Numbered from the stretch's first letter, positions 40,268 through 55,453 are shown. The stretch: DNA of 64,000 bases from Octopus sinensis (GCF_006345805.1 NC_043006.1:44454001-44518000); one strand, 5' to 3'. Made by a program: numbers and translations. The notes: generated by a model not told the origin, from the sequence alone.

Positions 40268-41859
40268 CAGTGGGAGGGAAATAAATATTCGTATATGTCA
40301 AAATTATTTATTTATTTAATTTCTAATGAACATAAATGGGATATACCAATACTATCTTTGCATAGACATGCATAAACTAAGAATATGCAAAAAAAAACTA
40401 ATAAATTATAGTAACTAATGAATTTATATACAATTATAAATATTTAGGGGTGAAAAAAGTATTTGTACAGAACATAAATAACTGATAATTCTGATTTAAT
40501 ACTTCATAGCATAACCATTATTCAGTTCCACTTCAACCAATCTCTTGTAGTTCTTAATCAATGACTTGCATGTTTCATTAGGAATTTTTTCCCATTCTTC
40601 TTGACAAATTTTTTTCAAATCTGCAATGCACTTTGGGACTCTTGAATGAATTGTAATTTTCAAATAACACCACAAATTTTCAATGGGGTTTAAGCCAGGG
40701 GACTGGCTTGGCCATTCTAATAATTTTATATTGTGATCAACAATCCATTTTTTGATAGACTTCACCGTGTGCTTAGGGTCGTTATCCTGTTGTAAAACCT
40801 ACCCTTCACAAAGCTGGAGCTTTTCTACAGAGTCCCATAAATTATTGTTCAAAATATTTTGGTACATCTCTGCATTCATTCTACCATCTATCACATGTTA
40901 ATTGCCAGTACCCTTTGCAGAGAAACACCCCCACACCATGATGTTGCCACCTCCAAACTTAATGGTAGGAATTGTGTTTTATGGCGAATAGGTGGTACCA
41001 TCTTTCCTCCAAACATGGCTACGCGAATTTCTTCCAAACAATTCAATTTTCGACTTGTCTGTCCATAGAACATTTTCCCAGAATGTATCAGATTTATCTT
41101 TATGTTCATAAACAAATTTTAAACGGGCATCCCTATGCCTTTTAGTTAACAGTGGTGTTTTTCTAGGAGAGCGTGACTTCAGTTCATTGCTGATTGTTCG
41201 TAGTGTAACTTAGTCCCTGAAGCTAACAAATCTTCTAGCAACTCCTTTCTGGTGATCATTGCATTTTTTTTCGATTCTTCACTTCATTTTTCTTAAAGAT
41301 CAGGGGAAATCTTGCATGGTGCACCGGATCTTATTCTGTTTTCAACAGTTCCCGACTTTTTTATATCTTTGAATAAATGAAGATATGGTAGAAAATGGAA
41401 TACAAAGGGTCTCTGGTATATTCCTGTAACTTTTACCTGCTTTCCACTGTTCAATAATTAAATTTTTCACTGAATTTGTAAATTCTTTACTTTTTGCCAT
41501 TATTACGATACTACTTTATGTTGTCTCAGTGCTGAATGAAGAAGCTAGCGTTTTGACACTTAAAGATGACAACTGATAAGATTATTGGAACAAACGAGAA
41601 AGTTCTAGTAGAAAAAAAATTATTTGAACAGCATTTTGTGGCATAGAAAATCATAAATTTATTCTGTACGAGTACTTTTTTCACCCCAAAATATTTATAA
41701 TTGTATATAAATTCATTAGTTACTATAATTTATTAGTTTCTTTTGCATATTCTTAGTTTATGCATGTGTATGCAAATATAGTATTGGTATATCCCATTTA
41801 TGTTCATTAGAAATTAAATAAAGAATTTTGACATGTACGAATATTTATTACTCCCACTG
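40268..41859 (-). mobile_element. Full-length Tc1-family DNA transposon (long TIRs, DD34E), transposase frameshifted
   Basis: About 210-bp TIRs starting CAGTGGGAG, TA flanks; ATG at 41500 (MAKSKEFTNSVK...), QQDNDPKH...WPSQSPGLNPIENLW with 34 residues between D and E, stop at 40496; ORF broken. Confidence 0.92.
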
Positions 41860-42510
41860 TATATATACATATACCCATATATGCATATATATACATATTT
41901 ACATATATACATACATATATACACATATATATACATACACGCACACATATATATATAAATATACATACACACACACACATATATAAATATACATACACAC
42001 ACACACATATATAAATATACATACACACACACACATATATAAATATACATACACACACATATAAATATACATACACACACACATAAATATACATACACAC
42101 ACACACACATAAATATACATACACACACACACACACATATATAAATATACATACACACACACACACATAAATATACATACACACACACACATAAATATAC
42201 ATACACCACACACACATAATATATATATATACACACACACATATATAAATATACATACACACACACACATATAAATATACATACACACACATATAAATAT
42301 ACATACACACACACATAATATACATACACACACACACACACATAAATATACATACACACACACACACACATATATAAATATACATACACACACACACACA
42401 CATAAATATACATACACACACACACATAAATATACATACACACACACACATAAATATACATACACACACACACACATATATATATGGGAGGAGGATGGTG
42501 ACACATACTG

Positions 42511-42552
<42 letters not shown>
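41860..42552. repeat. Compound (CA)n/(TA)n minisatellite
   Basis: Units like ataaatatacatacacacacac. Confidence 0.95.
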
Positions 42553-42553
<1 letters not shown>

Positions 42554-42990
42554 TATCTATTATATAAAATCCATTCTGTCTGTCTGTGTGTATGTCTTCT
42601 AGGATCTTGGGCATCCTCCATCCTATTGTACTCAAATTTGATATGTAGATACTGACGGTATCAGAGCATGTATAAGTCTTGAAAAAATTACAAAAATCGA
42701 TTCCAGGTGAAAACGCGATCGATAAAGCCATGGGAACGTGCATTTGTACGCGCAAGTACATCAGCTTTTGTGATCGATACTATGTGTACACGAGAAAAAT
42801 GCACGTGCAGTTTGCGCAAAAAAAGCCAGCTAGCTTGAAATAATGCCACAAAATGCAGTATATCTAACAGACCAAAAAAGTAAGATGCAAAAGAAATATT
42901 TTCTTCAAACTTGGCATGAAGGAAGGAAAGACTATTTGGTTTCTCAAGAAGTTTTTTTTTGCCTTAACATAGTTTAACAAAACCAAAAAT

Positions 42991-44263
42991 TATATACACA
43001 CACACATATATATATATATATACACACATATATGTACATATATACACATATATACACACATATATATACATATATACACGTATATATATACATATATACA
43101 CGTATATATATACATATATACACGTATATATATACATATATACACGTATATATATACATATATACACGTATATATATACATATATACACATATATACACA
43201 CATATATATATATATACATATATATACATATATACACATATATACACACATATATATATATACATATATATATACATATATACACATATATATATACATA
43301 TATACACATATATATATATACATACATACATATATATATATATACATACATACATATATACACATATATATATATACATACATACATATATACACATATA
43401 TATATATACATACATATATACACATATATATACATACATATATATATACATACATATATACACTATATATACATACATATATATATATATATATACATAT
43501 ATACATACATACAATATATATATACATATATATACATACATACATACATATATACACAATATATATATACATACATATATATATATACATATATACATAC
43601 ATACATATATATATACATATATACACACATATATATATACATATTACACATATATATATATACATACATACATATATACACATATATATATATACATACA
43701 TACATATATACACATATATATATAATACATACATACATATATACACATATATATATATACATACATATATACACATATATATACATACATATATATATAC
43801 ATACATATATACACATATATATACATACATATATATATACATACATATATACATATATACATACATACATACATACATATATATATATACATATATACAT
43901 ACATACATATATATATACATATATACACACATATATATATATACATATATACACACATATATATATATACATATATACACACATATATATATATACATAT
44001 ATACACACATATATATATATACATATATACACACATTATATATATACATATATACACACATATATATATATACATATATACACACATATATATATATACA
44101 TATATACACACATATATATATATACATATATACACACATATATATATATACATATATACACACATATATATATACATATATACACATATATATATACACA
44201 CACATACATATATATACAAAGAAAATTATAAATTTTTCTGTGTATATATATATATATATATAT

Positions 44264-44298
<35 letters not shown>
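42991..44298. repeat. Compound TA/CA microsatellite ending in (GATA)n
   Basis: Direct reading. Confidence 0.95.
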
Positions 44299-45435
44299 CT
44301 TCCAAACAAACATGATTTTTAATGAAATCCAAATATTTTCTCAAGATTTTTCCTTGTAAACTGTTTTAACATTTTTCTTATTATTATCAAAGAATGTATA
44401 TATGTATTGTAATATTTTGTGACAACCTGTACTTAACACTATGAAGTTTTTACAAAGCTTTTACATTTTACTTTTGACAATCTTTTTCTAAAAAAGTGAA
44501 ACTGGTCAAGTGAATAAACACCTTTTAAAATTGCATTTTCAAACCTTTCCTGTATATATATCATCATCATCATTTAGCGTCCGTTCTCCATGCTAGCATG
44601 GGTTGGACGGTTCAACTGGGGTCCGTGAAGCTGGAAGGCTTCATCAGGCCCAGTTAGATCTGGCAGTGTTTCTACGGCTGGATGCCCTTCCTAACGCCAA
44701 CCACTCCGTGAGTGTAGTGTGTATATATATATATGTACGTATATACGTATGTATGCCTGTATATATGTGAGATAATAGTTTCAGTATTAAAGTGAAACTG
44801 TTAAAGTGAAAGTATCTGACATTACAATAGAGAGATGTTATTGTTTCACTTTTGATACCATCTTTCATTTGGTGTTGTTCTCCATTTGTTTACATGTATT
44901 TCACCGAGGACTTCATGTTAAATTTACTAAATGAAGCATCGCATTACACTCAATATCTGGTTTATATTATTATCTAAGGAATAGCCAAGCATATTCCTCA
45001 TTAGTTCCAAATAAGTCTCTATTACGATTCCCAATATTTTCGATCTGTTTTACATATTTGTAAATTTTTGTGCATACAAAAATTTTATTCTACATATAAT
45101 ACTGAAATAGTGAAGATATGATATTGCTGTGGGCTTGCCCAAGGCAAGAAGTTAAAAAATTTTTTGGCCTATGACACTACATGGACCCTAAGTGAGGCAT
45201 GTGTAAAATTTTAAAGAAACTGGTTGTGTAGTTCTCAAGTTTTAGGGATTCACACATTCTCATCTTTATATATATATACATATACACACATACACACCTA
45301 CATACACAGAAACATACATATATACATACACATACATATATATATATATATACATACATACACATACATATACATACACATACATACATATATATACATA
45401 CACATACATACATATATATACATACACATACATAC

Positions 45436-46080
45436 ATCATCATCATCATCATCCTCATTTAACGTCCGCTTTCCATGCTGGCATGGGTTGGACGGTTCAA
45501 CTGGGGTCTGGGGAGCCCGAAAGCTGCACCAGTCCAGTCAGATCTGGCAGTGTTTCTACAGCTGGATGCCCTTCCTAACGCCAACCACTCCGAGAGTGTA
45601 GTGGGTGATTTTATGTGCCACCGACACAGGTGCCAGACGAGGCTGGCAAACGGCCACGCTCGGATGGTGTTTTTTTATGTGCCACCGACACAGGTGCCAG
45701 ACGAGGCTGGCAGACGGCCACGCTCGGATGGTGTTTTTATGTGCCACCGACACAGGTGCCAGATGAGGCTGGCAAACGGCCACGATCGGATGGTGTTTGT
45801 TACGTGCCCACAGCACGGAGGCCAGTCGATGCGGTACTGGCTACGGCCACGTTCGGATGGTTTTCTTGTGTGCCACGTGCCACCAGCACTGGTACCACAA
45901 AGATACAAATTCCATTGATGTTCATCTATTTTGATTTGTTTTGATTTGATTGATTTTCACTTGCCTCAACAGGTCTTCACAAGTGTCACAAGAAGGAAGG
46001 TATGCACAGGTGGACTGACTACGTCCCAGGTAGGGGCCACAGGTTATGGCCTGACTAGTCTTGCCGGGTCTTCGGATGAT
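45436..46080 (-). mobile_element. RTE 3' UTR fragment with about 62-bp tandem units
   Basis: Same tail as 53843 element; other copies near 7700..8115, 29420..29850, 30005..30163, 33175..33402, 39615..39962, 44560..44720, 55261..55422, 56320..56750, 60700..61140, 62025..62380. Confidence 0.8.
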
Positions 46081-46529
46081 GTATATATACATATATATAC
46101 ATACACATACATACATATATATACATACACATACATACATATATATACATACACATACATACATATATATACATACACATACATACATATATATACATAC
46201 ACATACATATATATATATACATACATACACATACATACATATACATACACATACATACATATATATACACACACACATATATATATACATACACATACAT
46301 ATGTATTTGTTTGGTGTATAATCATTGTAGCTTGTTTTCAACAAATTTTATTCAACAAAAACATCTTTAAATGATTATTCCGGAGCATATTTGCAATCTA
46401 ATTAGTTTCCCAATCGCTTGTCAAATGGTCAGACCGTCATTTAAAGATGTTTTGTTTTTAAATATTGTTAATGGATTTTTGTAAATAAAATCTTTTGAAA
46501 ATATGATGCAATATTTATGCATCAACCCA

Positions 46530-46580
46530 ATACATACACATATACATACATACACACATATATATATACACATACATATA

Positions 46581-46614
<34 letters not shown>

Positions 46615-46652
46615 TACACATACATACACATATATATATATACACATACACA

Positions 46653-46686
<34 letters not shown>

Positions 46687-46746
46687 TACACATACATACA
46701 CATATATATATATACACATACACATATATATATATACACATACACA

Positions 46747-46780
<34 letters not shown>

Positions 46781-46848
46781 TACACATACATACACATATA
46801 TATATATACACATACACATATATATATATATATACACATACACATATA

Positions 46849-46882
<34 letters not shown>

Positions 46883-48698
46883 TACACATACATACACATA
46901 TATATATATACACATATATATATATATATATACACATATATATATATATACATACACATATATATATATACATACACATATATATACATACACATATACA
47001 CATATACATACATACACATATACATATATATACATACATATATACATACATACACATACATAGACATACATATATACATACATACACATACATATATACA
47101 TACACATACATATATACATACATACACATACATACATATATACACATACATACATACACACATATACATACACACATATACATACACATATATACATACA
47201 CATATATACATACACATATATATACATACACATATATATACATACACATATATATACATACACATATATACATACACATATATACATACACATATATACA
47301 TACACATATATACATACACATATATACATACATACACACACATATATATATATATATACATACATACACACACATATATATATATATACATACATACACA
47401 TATACATATATATACATACATACACATATACATATATATACATACATACACATATACATATATATACATACATACACATATACATATATATACATACATA
47501 CACATATACATACATACATACACATATACATATATATACATACATACACATATACATATATATACATACATACACATATATATACATACATACACATATA
47601 CATATATATACATACATACACATATACATATATATACATACATACACACATATATATATACATACATACACACATATATATATACATACATACACACATA
47701 TATATATACATACATACACATATATATATACATACATACACACATATATATACATACATACACACATATATATACATACATACACATATATATACATACA
47801 TACACATATATATACATACATACACATATATATACATACATACACACATATATACATACATACACACATATATACATACATACACACATATATACATACA
47901 TACACACATATATACATACATACACACACACATATATATATATATAGATATATATATATATACATACACATATACACATATATATATATACATACACATA
48001 TATACGTACATATATATATACATATATATATATACATACATATATACATATATATATACATACATACATATATACATACATATATACATACATACATATA
48101 TACATACATACATACATATATACATACATATGTATATATTCATATGTATACATTCATATATATATATACATTCATATGTATATATACACATTCATATGTA
48201 TATATACATTCATATGTATATATTCATATGTATATATTCATATGTATATATTCATATGTATACATTTATATATATATACATTCATATGTATATATTCATA
48301 TGTATACATTCATATATATATACATTCATATGTATATATTCATATGTATACATTCATATATATATACATTCATATGTATATATTCATATGTATACATTCA
48401 TATATATATATATACATTCATATATATATATACATTCATATGTATATATTCATATGTATATATTCATATGTATACATTCATATATATATATACATTCATA
48501 TATATATATACATTCATATGTATATATTCATTCATATGTATATATTCATATGTATACATTCATATATATATATACATTCATATATATGTATACATTCATA
48601 TATATGAACACATTCCTATATATACACATTCTTATATATATATATATACATACATATACACACATACACATATATATGTACACACATACATATATATG
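46530..48698. repeat. About 2.2-kb compound TA/CA microsatellite with attcatatgtata sub-array
   Basis: Direct reading; source of the long Y/I/H/T and M/Y/V/C pseudo-ORFs. Confidence 0.95.
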
Positions 48699-50523
48699 CG
48701 TGTTAAGCGTCGATCTACACCCACACAAAACACGGAGAATGAAAGAAAGAACAACGAAGTAATATTTCCCATAAGAAAAGTTGACGGAACGATACAAGTT
48801 TTCACGTAGCATTCAAACCAATCCTACTAGAGAAAAGACAGGAAATTCAAATCACCCATTCCCATGCTCTCTATACATCTATACACAACCCATTCCTTCG
48901 TTGCGACTATTCAAGACGGTTCGTGTTGTAAAGCCAAACGATACGCTATCGTTATGACCATCAGATTTATTACACGTATACCAGACAGAAAAATCAAACC
49001 ACCGTAAAAGAGAAAACCCAGTATGCAGTTAAATAGATAATTATTGGCTATGCGAGTAAAAACAGGGAAAAGGTATTATCTAAATGGTTTCCGTTGAATG
49101 TAGCACTAGACGTAACAAGTACCTACATATGGTGTGTCTGTGTGTGTGTGTGTGTGTGCGCGCGTGCTTTTTTTTCTTTTTTTTGATAATTTCAAATAAT
49201 TTCAAAACACGCTGGTCTTCAGTTGTCATCGACAGTGATTTCTGTAATCAATAAATGTTTTCATCCGTCTTTTCTTTTCTTAATATTTTTTGTACACGAG
49301 GAAGAGTTAAGATTTTTTTTTTTTCAATAATTAAGATATAATATATAAACAAAAGACGAGATCTATTAATTTCATTTGTTAAAAGATTTGGAAAGCGAAT
49401 ATTTGGGGAGAAGAGGGAGGAATTGAAAATCATCCTTTATTTATTTTATTTTTTTAAAGAATATGTGTGTGACACCTTTTCTTTACGCGTTTCGCTGAAA
49501 GTATTTAGAAAAATGAAAAATAATAATAAAAATAATCATAAGTAAAAAGAAAATAGACGAAAAAATCCATACAAGGATTAATTTGCTGTATTACTTAAGG
49601 TCTATCGTCATCAGTTGCAACAGCAACAAAATAAGTGGCGATAATAACAAAACGAAAATAAAGAAATAATGAAAAAGCTAATTAATAAGAGAGAGAACTC
49701 CAAATTAAATGTTTAATTGTATTTAGTCTTAGCCATCTAAGTTTGGAATTTAAGTCATAACAAGGGTGATTTTTCACATTTCAAGACTCTACGCGGTCGC
49801 TTAATCAGCTGGAAATAACAGCCAAATCTCCATCACACCGTACTTTCTTTAAAAAATGACGTACTGGATAATGTAGTCTAGGGTATATGCACAACACCTG
49901 AAAAACGATCTCACGGACATGGTTAGAAATGCTTTCATCATGGGTGGGCTCCATGAAGGACGATCTAAGGCTAATACAAAAAAAAAAATACGAGTAATAT
50001 AATAGATTCCTTTCAATGAATATTACCATTACACTTACGAAACACTGAGCACATGTCGAGTTAAACGGAATTAAGGAATCTGTGTATGAAAAAATATCTT
50101 TTGACAAGGTTCAGAGCCAATTTATTTGAATGAAGTTGGGGAAAAGACGACCAACTGAAAATATAAAATATATTTCTGTTTCTTATTTTATCGACCCAGG
50201 AGGAATGAAATGTAAAGTTTGATCCTTGCAGAAATTGATTTAAGCAGTCATGTACCAAAGACTAAACAATAACAAAATATTAGCGAAATATAACGTACGT
50301 AAACACGCGTATATGTGTGTGTGTGTGTGTGGAACTGGTTGTTGATAAAAAAAAAAAAGAAAATAAACATATATATATAACTAAGTATATGGACGACAAA
50401 TAAATGAAGATAATATTGTGACAGTTGAAGGGAAGGATAAACATTTGAATATCAATTGGTAAGGAATGGTGAAGAAATGTCTCCGTCTAAATGAAAAAAA
50501 AAAATATTCGAAGAACTACTTAC

Positions 50524-50613
50524 GGTGAATCCTAAAATCATGATGATGGCAAAGATTATAAGAAAAGCGACGAGAAAATAGCGAAAGAGACATTGTCGGA
50601 CCACAGGGAACAT
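50524..50613 (-). CDS. FUT11: FUT10/11-like fucosyltransferase exon 1 (type II membrane anchor); absent from ORF track
   Basis: aaacATG MFPVVRQCLFRYFLVAFLIIFAIIMILGFT |gtaagt; hydrophobic TM segment; phase 0 matches next exon. Confidence 0.8.
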
Positions 50614-51000
50614 GTTTGGACGTTTCTGCTGTTTCTATTTGAAGACCATCAAGTTTCAGCTGGTTTGCGATAGCCGGTGTCATGTAAAATAATGAAACCA
50701 GGTATTAAATTTCCACGTGACCCTGCACTGGCACCAATACTTTCTTTTCTTTTTTTTTTATCCTGGTGAAAATTCACATAGCTTGGGAAATAATTGAGTT
50801 TTACATTGTATCTACATGGGAGAAGTAAACGAGTTGTGATGCTCTCACCTTTACCATAAAAGACGCAATTTTTTCAATGCAAGCCGTATTGTTTCACGGC
50901 GGCCACGGGCTCAGTACTTTTAGTTAACCTCGGACGGGAGGGACCTGCGCAAGTTAAACGGAGCAAGTGGTTCTGCATTTGATATCAATGCACACTGCTA
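50614..51000 (-). promoter_or_regulatory. Probable 5' UTR/promoter of the fucosyltransferase gene
   Basis: Unique sequence upstream of the ATG, visibly CpG-richer than the gene bodies (e.g. cacggcggccacgg, ctcggacggg, tgcgca). Confidence 0.5.
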
Positions 51001-51163
51001 TCTTTTATTTTTTACTTGTTTCAGTCATTGCCGTTTAGTTTGGCTGATGCACTGCCCTGAATGAATTAGACGAACAAGTTAGACTCAATATATAAATTTG
51101 TTAAAAAATCTGTTGCTTATTCTATCGATCTTCTAGGTTGCGGGAGGAGGCGGACAAGCACAA

Positions 51164-51203
<40 letters not shown>

Positions 51204-51872
51204 CTATATGAGCTTCCACACAGTTTCCGTCCACTGAATTCACTTGCAAAGCATTAGTCAGCCCAGGACTGCAATGATGCTGAGGTGCAGCCTTGAAGAA
51301 TTTTGAAGTCGAATGAATCAACTCCAGTACATACTTTTTGATCCTGGCATTTATTCTGCCAATCTCCAATGCCAAATCCCAAAGTTATGAGGACATAAAC
51401 AAACTAATACTGGTTGACAAACGGTGGTGGTGACAAACACATACATACATACATACATACATACATATCCACTCACAAGGCTTTGTTTGGCCTAGGGCTA
51501 TAATAGAAGACACAAGGCTCGAAATTTTTGGGGCGAGGGGGCCAGTATGCAACTGATACTTAATTTGTCGCAAGATACTAGCAGTATGTTGTTTTCGTCT
51601 CTTAACATGATGAGACTTTAAAATTCTATTATTTGTTGTAATTCACGAAACACTGCATACACCTTCATGTGGGGAGCTAATGATTTCATAATGATCTTTT
51701 AGATATGCTTTAACGCATAGTTTATTTGGAATTATAGTTAATTACCAAATGGAGTAACAGACCTGGTGGTATTAGCATGGCATTAATAATGGCAAATAAA
51801 TTTGGCATTCTTAATGTCAGACTAAATCAGTTGATAAAGGCAACAGGTTTTAATATGTGTGTATGTATGTAT

Positions 51873-51910
<38 letters not shown>

Positions 51911-52573
51911 TGGGTTGACAAATAAATTTGTTTGTTTCCCTACCCCAACCATTTATTTTAACCCTTACCAACATTTTAAAAATATTTTTATCATAGTGTC
52001 TTATGTTTTTTTTTATAGCTCTATTCTTCATCTACAACTTTTGTTTATTGTTTTTGAAATTTCAGACATATGATGAAATACCAAGTAGAGAAAAGAAAAC
52101 CGTATTTATTTGACAGTCTAAAACCATCGAATTGGTACTGCCCAAGTGTTGAAACTATAGTGAAATCTGTTCGGCAGCTGATGAGGGGAATACAAATTTA
52201 CAGTACTTATTTATGAATTTTGTTTGTCTCAGTCTTGTTATTTTGAGTTGTCCTTCATTCTAGTAAAGTGAAAAGTGTTTGTGGATTCATAGATTGTTGA
52301 GATTACATACACTACTGCTACTGAGACAATCTTATTTTTTCTTCTGAGACAATCTTATTAAGCTTAGATAACACCTAAGATAATTCTTAGATATCAGTGT
52401 TTAATTTTGGGAAGTTCTGTAGCATATATATATATATATATATGATGAATGATGATGAACCGACCAGGCTATCAAATATTGCTACACATCACTAGTCACA
52501 ATGCGCTTCACATTGTTTTAGCCTTCAAATGATGCCACCCCGCTGGCTAAGCGAGCTGGCCAATATATATATA

Positions 52574-53540
52574 CTAGCATTAAAGACCCGTCGTTGCCGA
52601 GTCATAGTGCTAGTGCATGTATATATGTGTATATATATATGTGTACATATTACATGTACATCTATATATATACATCTACACATAAAATACAAAATACAAA
52701 GTTATATCTTGATATCGCTAGTGATAACAATACTCAAAATATATAACAGACTGGAATTGTTAGCCTGTCTCTTGTAATTTCGATCAATTGTATCTTGTCC
52801 TCCCTCTTGTATAGAAGTGTGGCTACAATCCAGCCTACCTCTACTATAAAGGTAAAAATAAAATATTTTCACTTTGCAAGTTTGAGTCGAGTACTCCCTT
52901 GCACGCTCCGTTGACTCGAACCTTGCTTCTATTGTGGTGAATTTACTATCTTTCATAGTCGCACCAAGACATTTTTCGAAGGTGCTTTCCTCCGTGCGTT
53001 CAAATCATCTTTTTTCTCTACATTGTATACTTTATAGACAATAGTCTTTTCTTTAATTCAATTTTTTATTATCCATCTGGACTATTCCATTTCTGCACGC
53101 TAATTTTATTTTTAATTTATTCTGATTCATGTGAAACCACTTATTCAAGTTCAAGTCATTGATTCAATTTTATACCAATTGCTATTTTTACTTTTGTTAT
53201 GTTACGATTATATTATACTTTAGTTTGATTTTAATTATTACTTACTACATATAATTCAATTGTTATTATTATTTTTATTGTTAAAGTGAAAGTATCTTAC
53301 ATAAAATAGAGAAATGTTTTTGTTTCACTTTTAACACGTAATACTGAAATAGTGGAGAAGATATGATATTGCTATGGGCTCGCTCTAGGCAAGAAGTTGA
53401 ACAATTTTTTTGCCCATGAAACTACATGCCTTAAGTAAGGCATGTGTAAAATTTGAATGAAATTGTTTGTGTAGTTCTCAAGTTTTAGGGAAACACACAG
53501 ACAGACGGACAGACACACATCCTCAGTTTTATATATATAA

Positions 53541-53543
<3 letters not shown>
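52574..53543 (-). mobile_element. Helitron-like element
   Basis: TC-TTTATATATATAAAACTG start, CTAG end with subterminal hairpin; shares sequence with 44760..45275. Confidence 0.6.
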
Positions 53544-53589
<46 letters not shown>

Positions 53590-53842
53590 CTGTGTGGTGA
53601 TAAGAAGCTTCCCAACCACATGGTTCCAGGTTCAGTCCCACTGCATGGCACCTTGGGTAGATGTCTTCCACTATAGCCTCAGGCTATATAATAAGTTCTA
53701 GGCTTATGAAATAAGTCCTGGTGTCAATTTGTTCAACTAAAGCCCTTCTAGGTGGTGCTCCAGCATAGGCACAGTCAACTGACTGAAACAAGTAAAATAC
53801 TAAAAGAATAAAAGAATATATATATATATATATATATATATA

Positions 53843-55214
53843 TCATCATCATCATCATCATTTAACGTCCGCTTTCCATGCTAGCATGGGTTGGACGAAT
53901 GACTGAAGGCTGGCGAACCAAATGGCTGCACCAGGCTTCAATCTTGATCTTGCAGAGTTTCTTCAGCTGGATGCCCTTCCTAACGCCAACCACTCTGAGA
54001 GTATAGTGGGTGCTTTTACGTGCCACTGGCACGGAGGCCTGATAGCCGCTCTGGCAATGATCATGCTCGGATGGTGCTCTTAATATCCTACTAGCATGGG
54101 CCTCGAGTGCCAGTAAGGCAACGCTGTTAACGATCATGCTCGAATGGTGCCTTTTAAGTGCCACTGGCATGGAGGCCGGTTAGCTGCTCTGTCAATGAAC
54201 ACACTCATATGTTGCTCTTTGCACCCCGCTAGCACGGACGCCAGTCATCGAATTGATTTTGATTTTGATTTTTGATTTCACTTGCCTCAACAGGTCTTCG
54301 CAAGCAGAGTTTAGTGTCCAAAGAAGGAAAAGGTATGCATAAGTGGGCTGATAATGCCCCTGGCATAGGCCATGAGATTATGGTCTCATTTGGCTTGCCG
54401 GGTCTTCTCACGCACGGCATATTTCCAAAAGTCTCGGTCACTAGTCATTTCCTCGGTGAGGCCCAAAGTTTGAAGGTCGTGCTTCACCACTTCATCCCAG
54501 GTCTTCCTGGGTCTACCTCTTCCACAAGTTCCCTCAACCGCTAGGGTGTGGCACTTTTTCACACAGCTGTCCTCATCCATTCTCGCCACATGACCATACC
54601 AGCGCAGTCGTCTTTCTTGCACACCACATCTGATGCTTCATAGGCCCAACATTTCTCTCAAGGTACTTACACTCTGTCAAGTATGCACACTGACATTACA
54701 CATCCATCGGATCATATTGGCTTCATTCCTTGCGAGCTTACACATGTCCTCAGCAGTCACAGCCCATGTTTCACTGCCATGTAGCATGGCTGTTCGTACA
54801 CATGTGTCATACAGTCTATCTTTTACTCTGAGCGAGAGGCCCTTTGTTACCAGCAGAGTTAAGAGCTCTCTGAACTTTGCCCAAGCTATTCTTATTCTAG
54901 TAGCTGCACTTTCAGCGCACCCTCCCCCGCTAATGACTTGGTCACCTAGGTAATGGAAGCTATCAACTACTTCTAGTTTTCCTCCCTGGAATGTGGCGGA
55001 AGTTGTTCTCTGCACATTTTCAGCATTTATTGCTCCCGAGCATCTACCACATACAAAAACTATCTTCCCCGTTAGCCTTCCTTTGATATTACTGCACCTC
55101 TTATGTGTCCATAGCTTACACTGGGTACATCTTATAGAGTTTCTACCTATGCCTCTACTACAGATCGAGCAGGGCAATCTACCTGAAGGGATTTGTGGTT
55201 TGCCTGCCTTCCTA

Positions 55215-55215
<1 letters not shown>
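53843..55215 (-). mobile_element. 5'-truncated RTE-clade LINE with PHD-like Cys/His cluster, long 3' UTR and (GAT)n tail
   Basis: CSIC...CTQCKLWTHKRC...CGRC; LEVVDSFHYLG; LHGSETW; RRLRWYGHVARM...RGRPRKTW; internal stop at 54677; tail gacgttaaatgatgatg. Confidence 0.9.
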
Positions 55216-55262
<47 letters not shown>

Positions 55263-55422
55263 CACTACACTCATGGAGTGGTTGGCATTATGAAGGGCAT
55301 CCAACTGTAGAAACACTGCCAGATCAGACTGGGCCTGGTGCAGCCTCCTGGCTTCCCAGACCCCAGTTGAACCATCCAACCCATGCTAGCATGGAAAGCG
55401 GATGATGATGATGATGATGATG

Positions 55423-55453
<31 letters not shown>

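Noticed and set aside
41807-48812. Long ORFs (up to 562 aa) rich in Y/I/H/T or M/Y/V/C
   Set aside because: Translations of TA/CA microsatellites that lack stop codons by composition
49480-49615. CTGATGA ... GAAACGCGTA on - strand
   Set aside because: About 110 nt apart with no helix I or II complementarity
52150-52200. gctgatgagggg motif
   Set aside because: Possibly a Penelope remnant, but no downstream helix II/GAAA could be assembled
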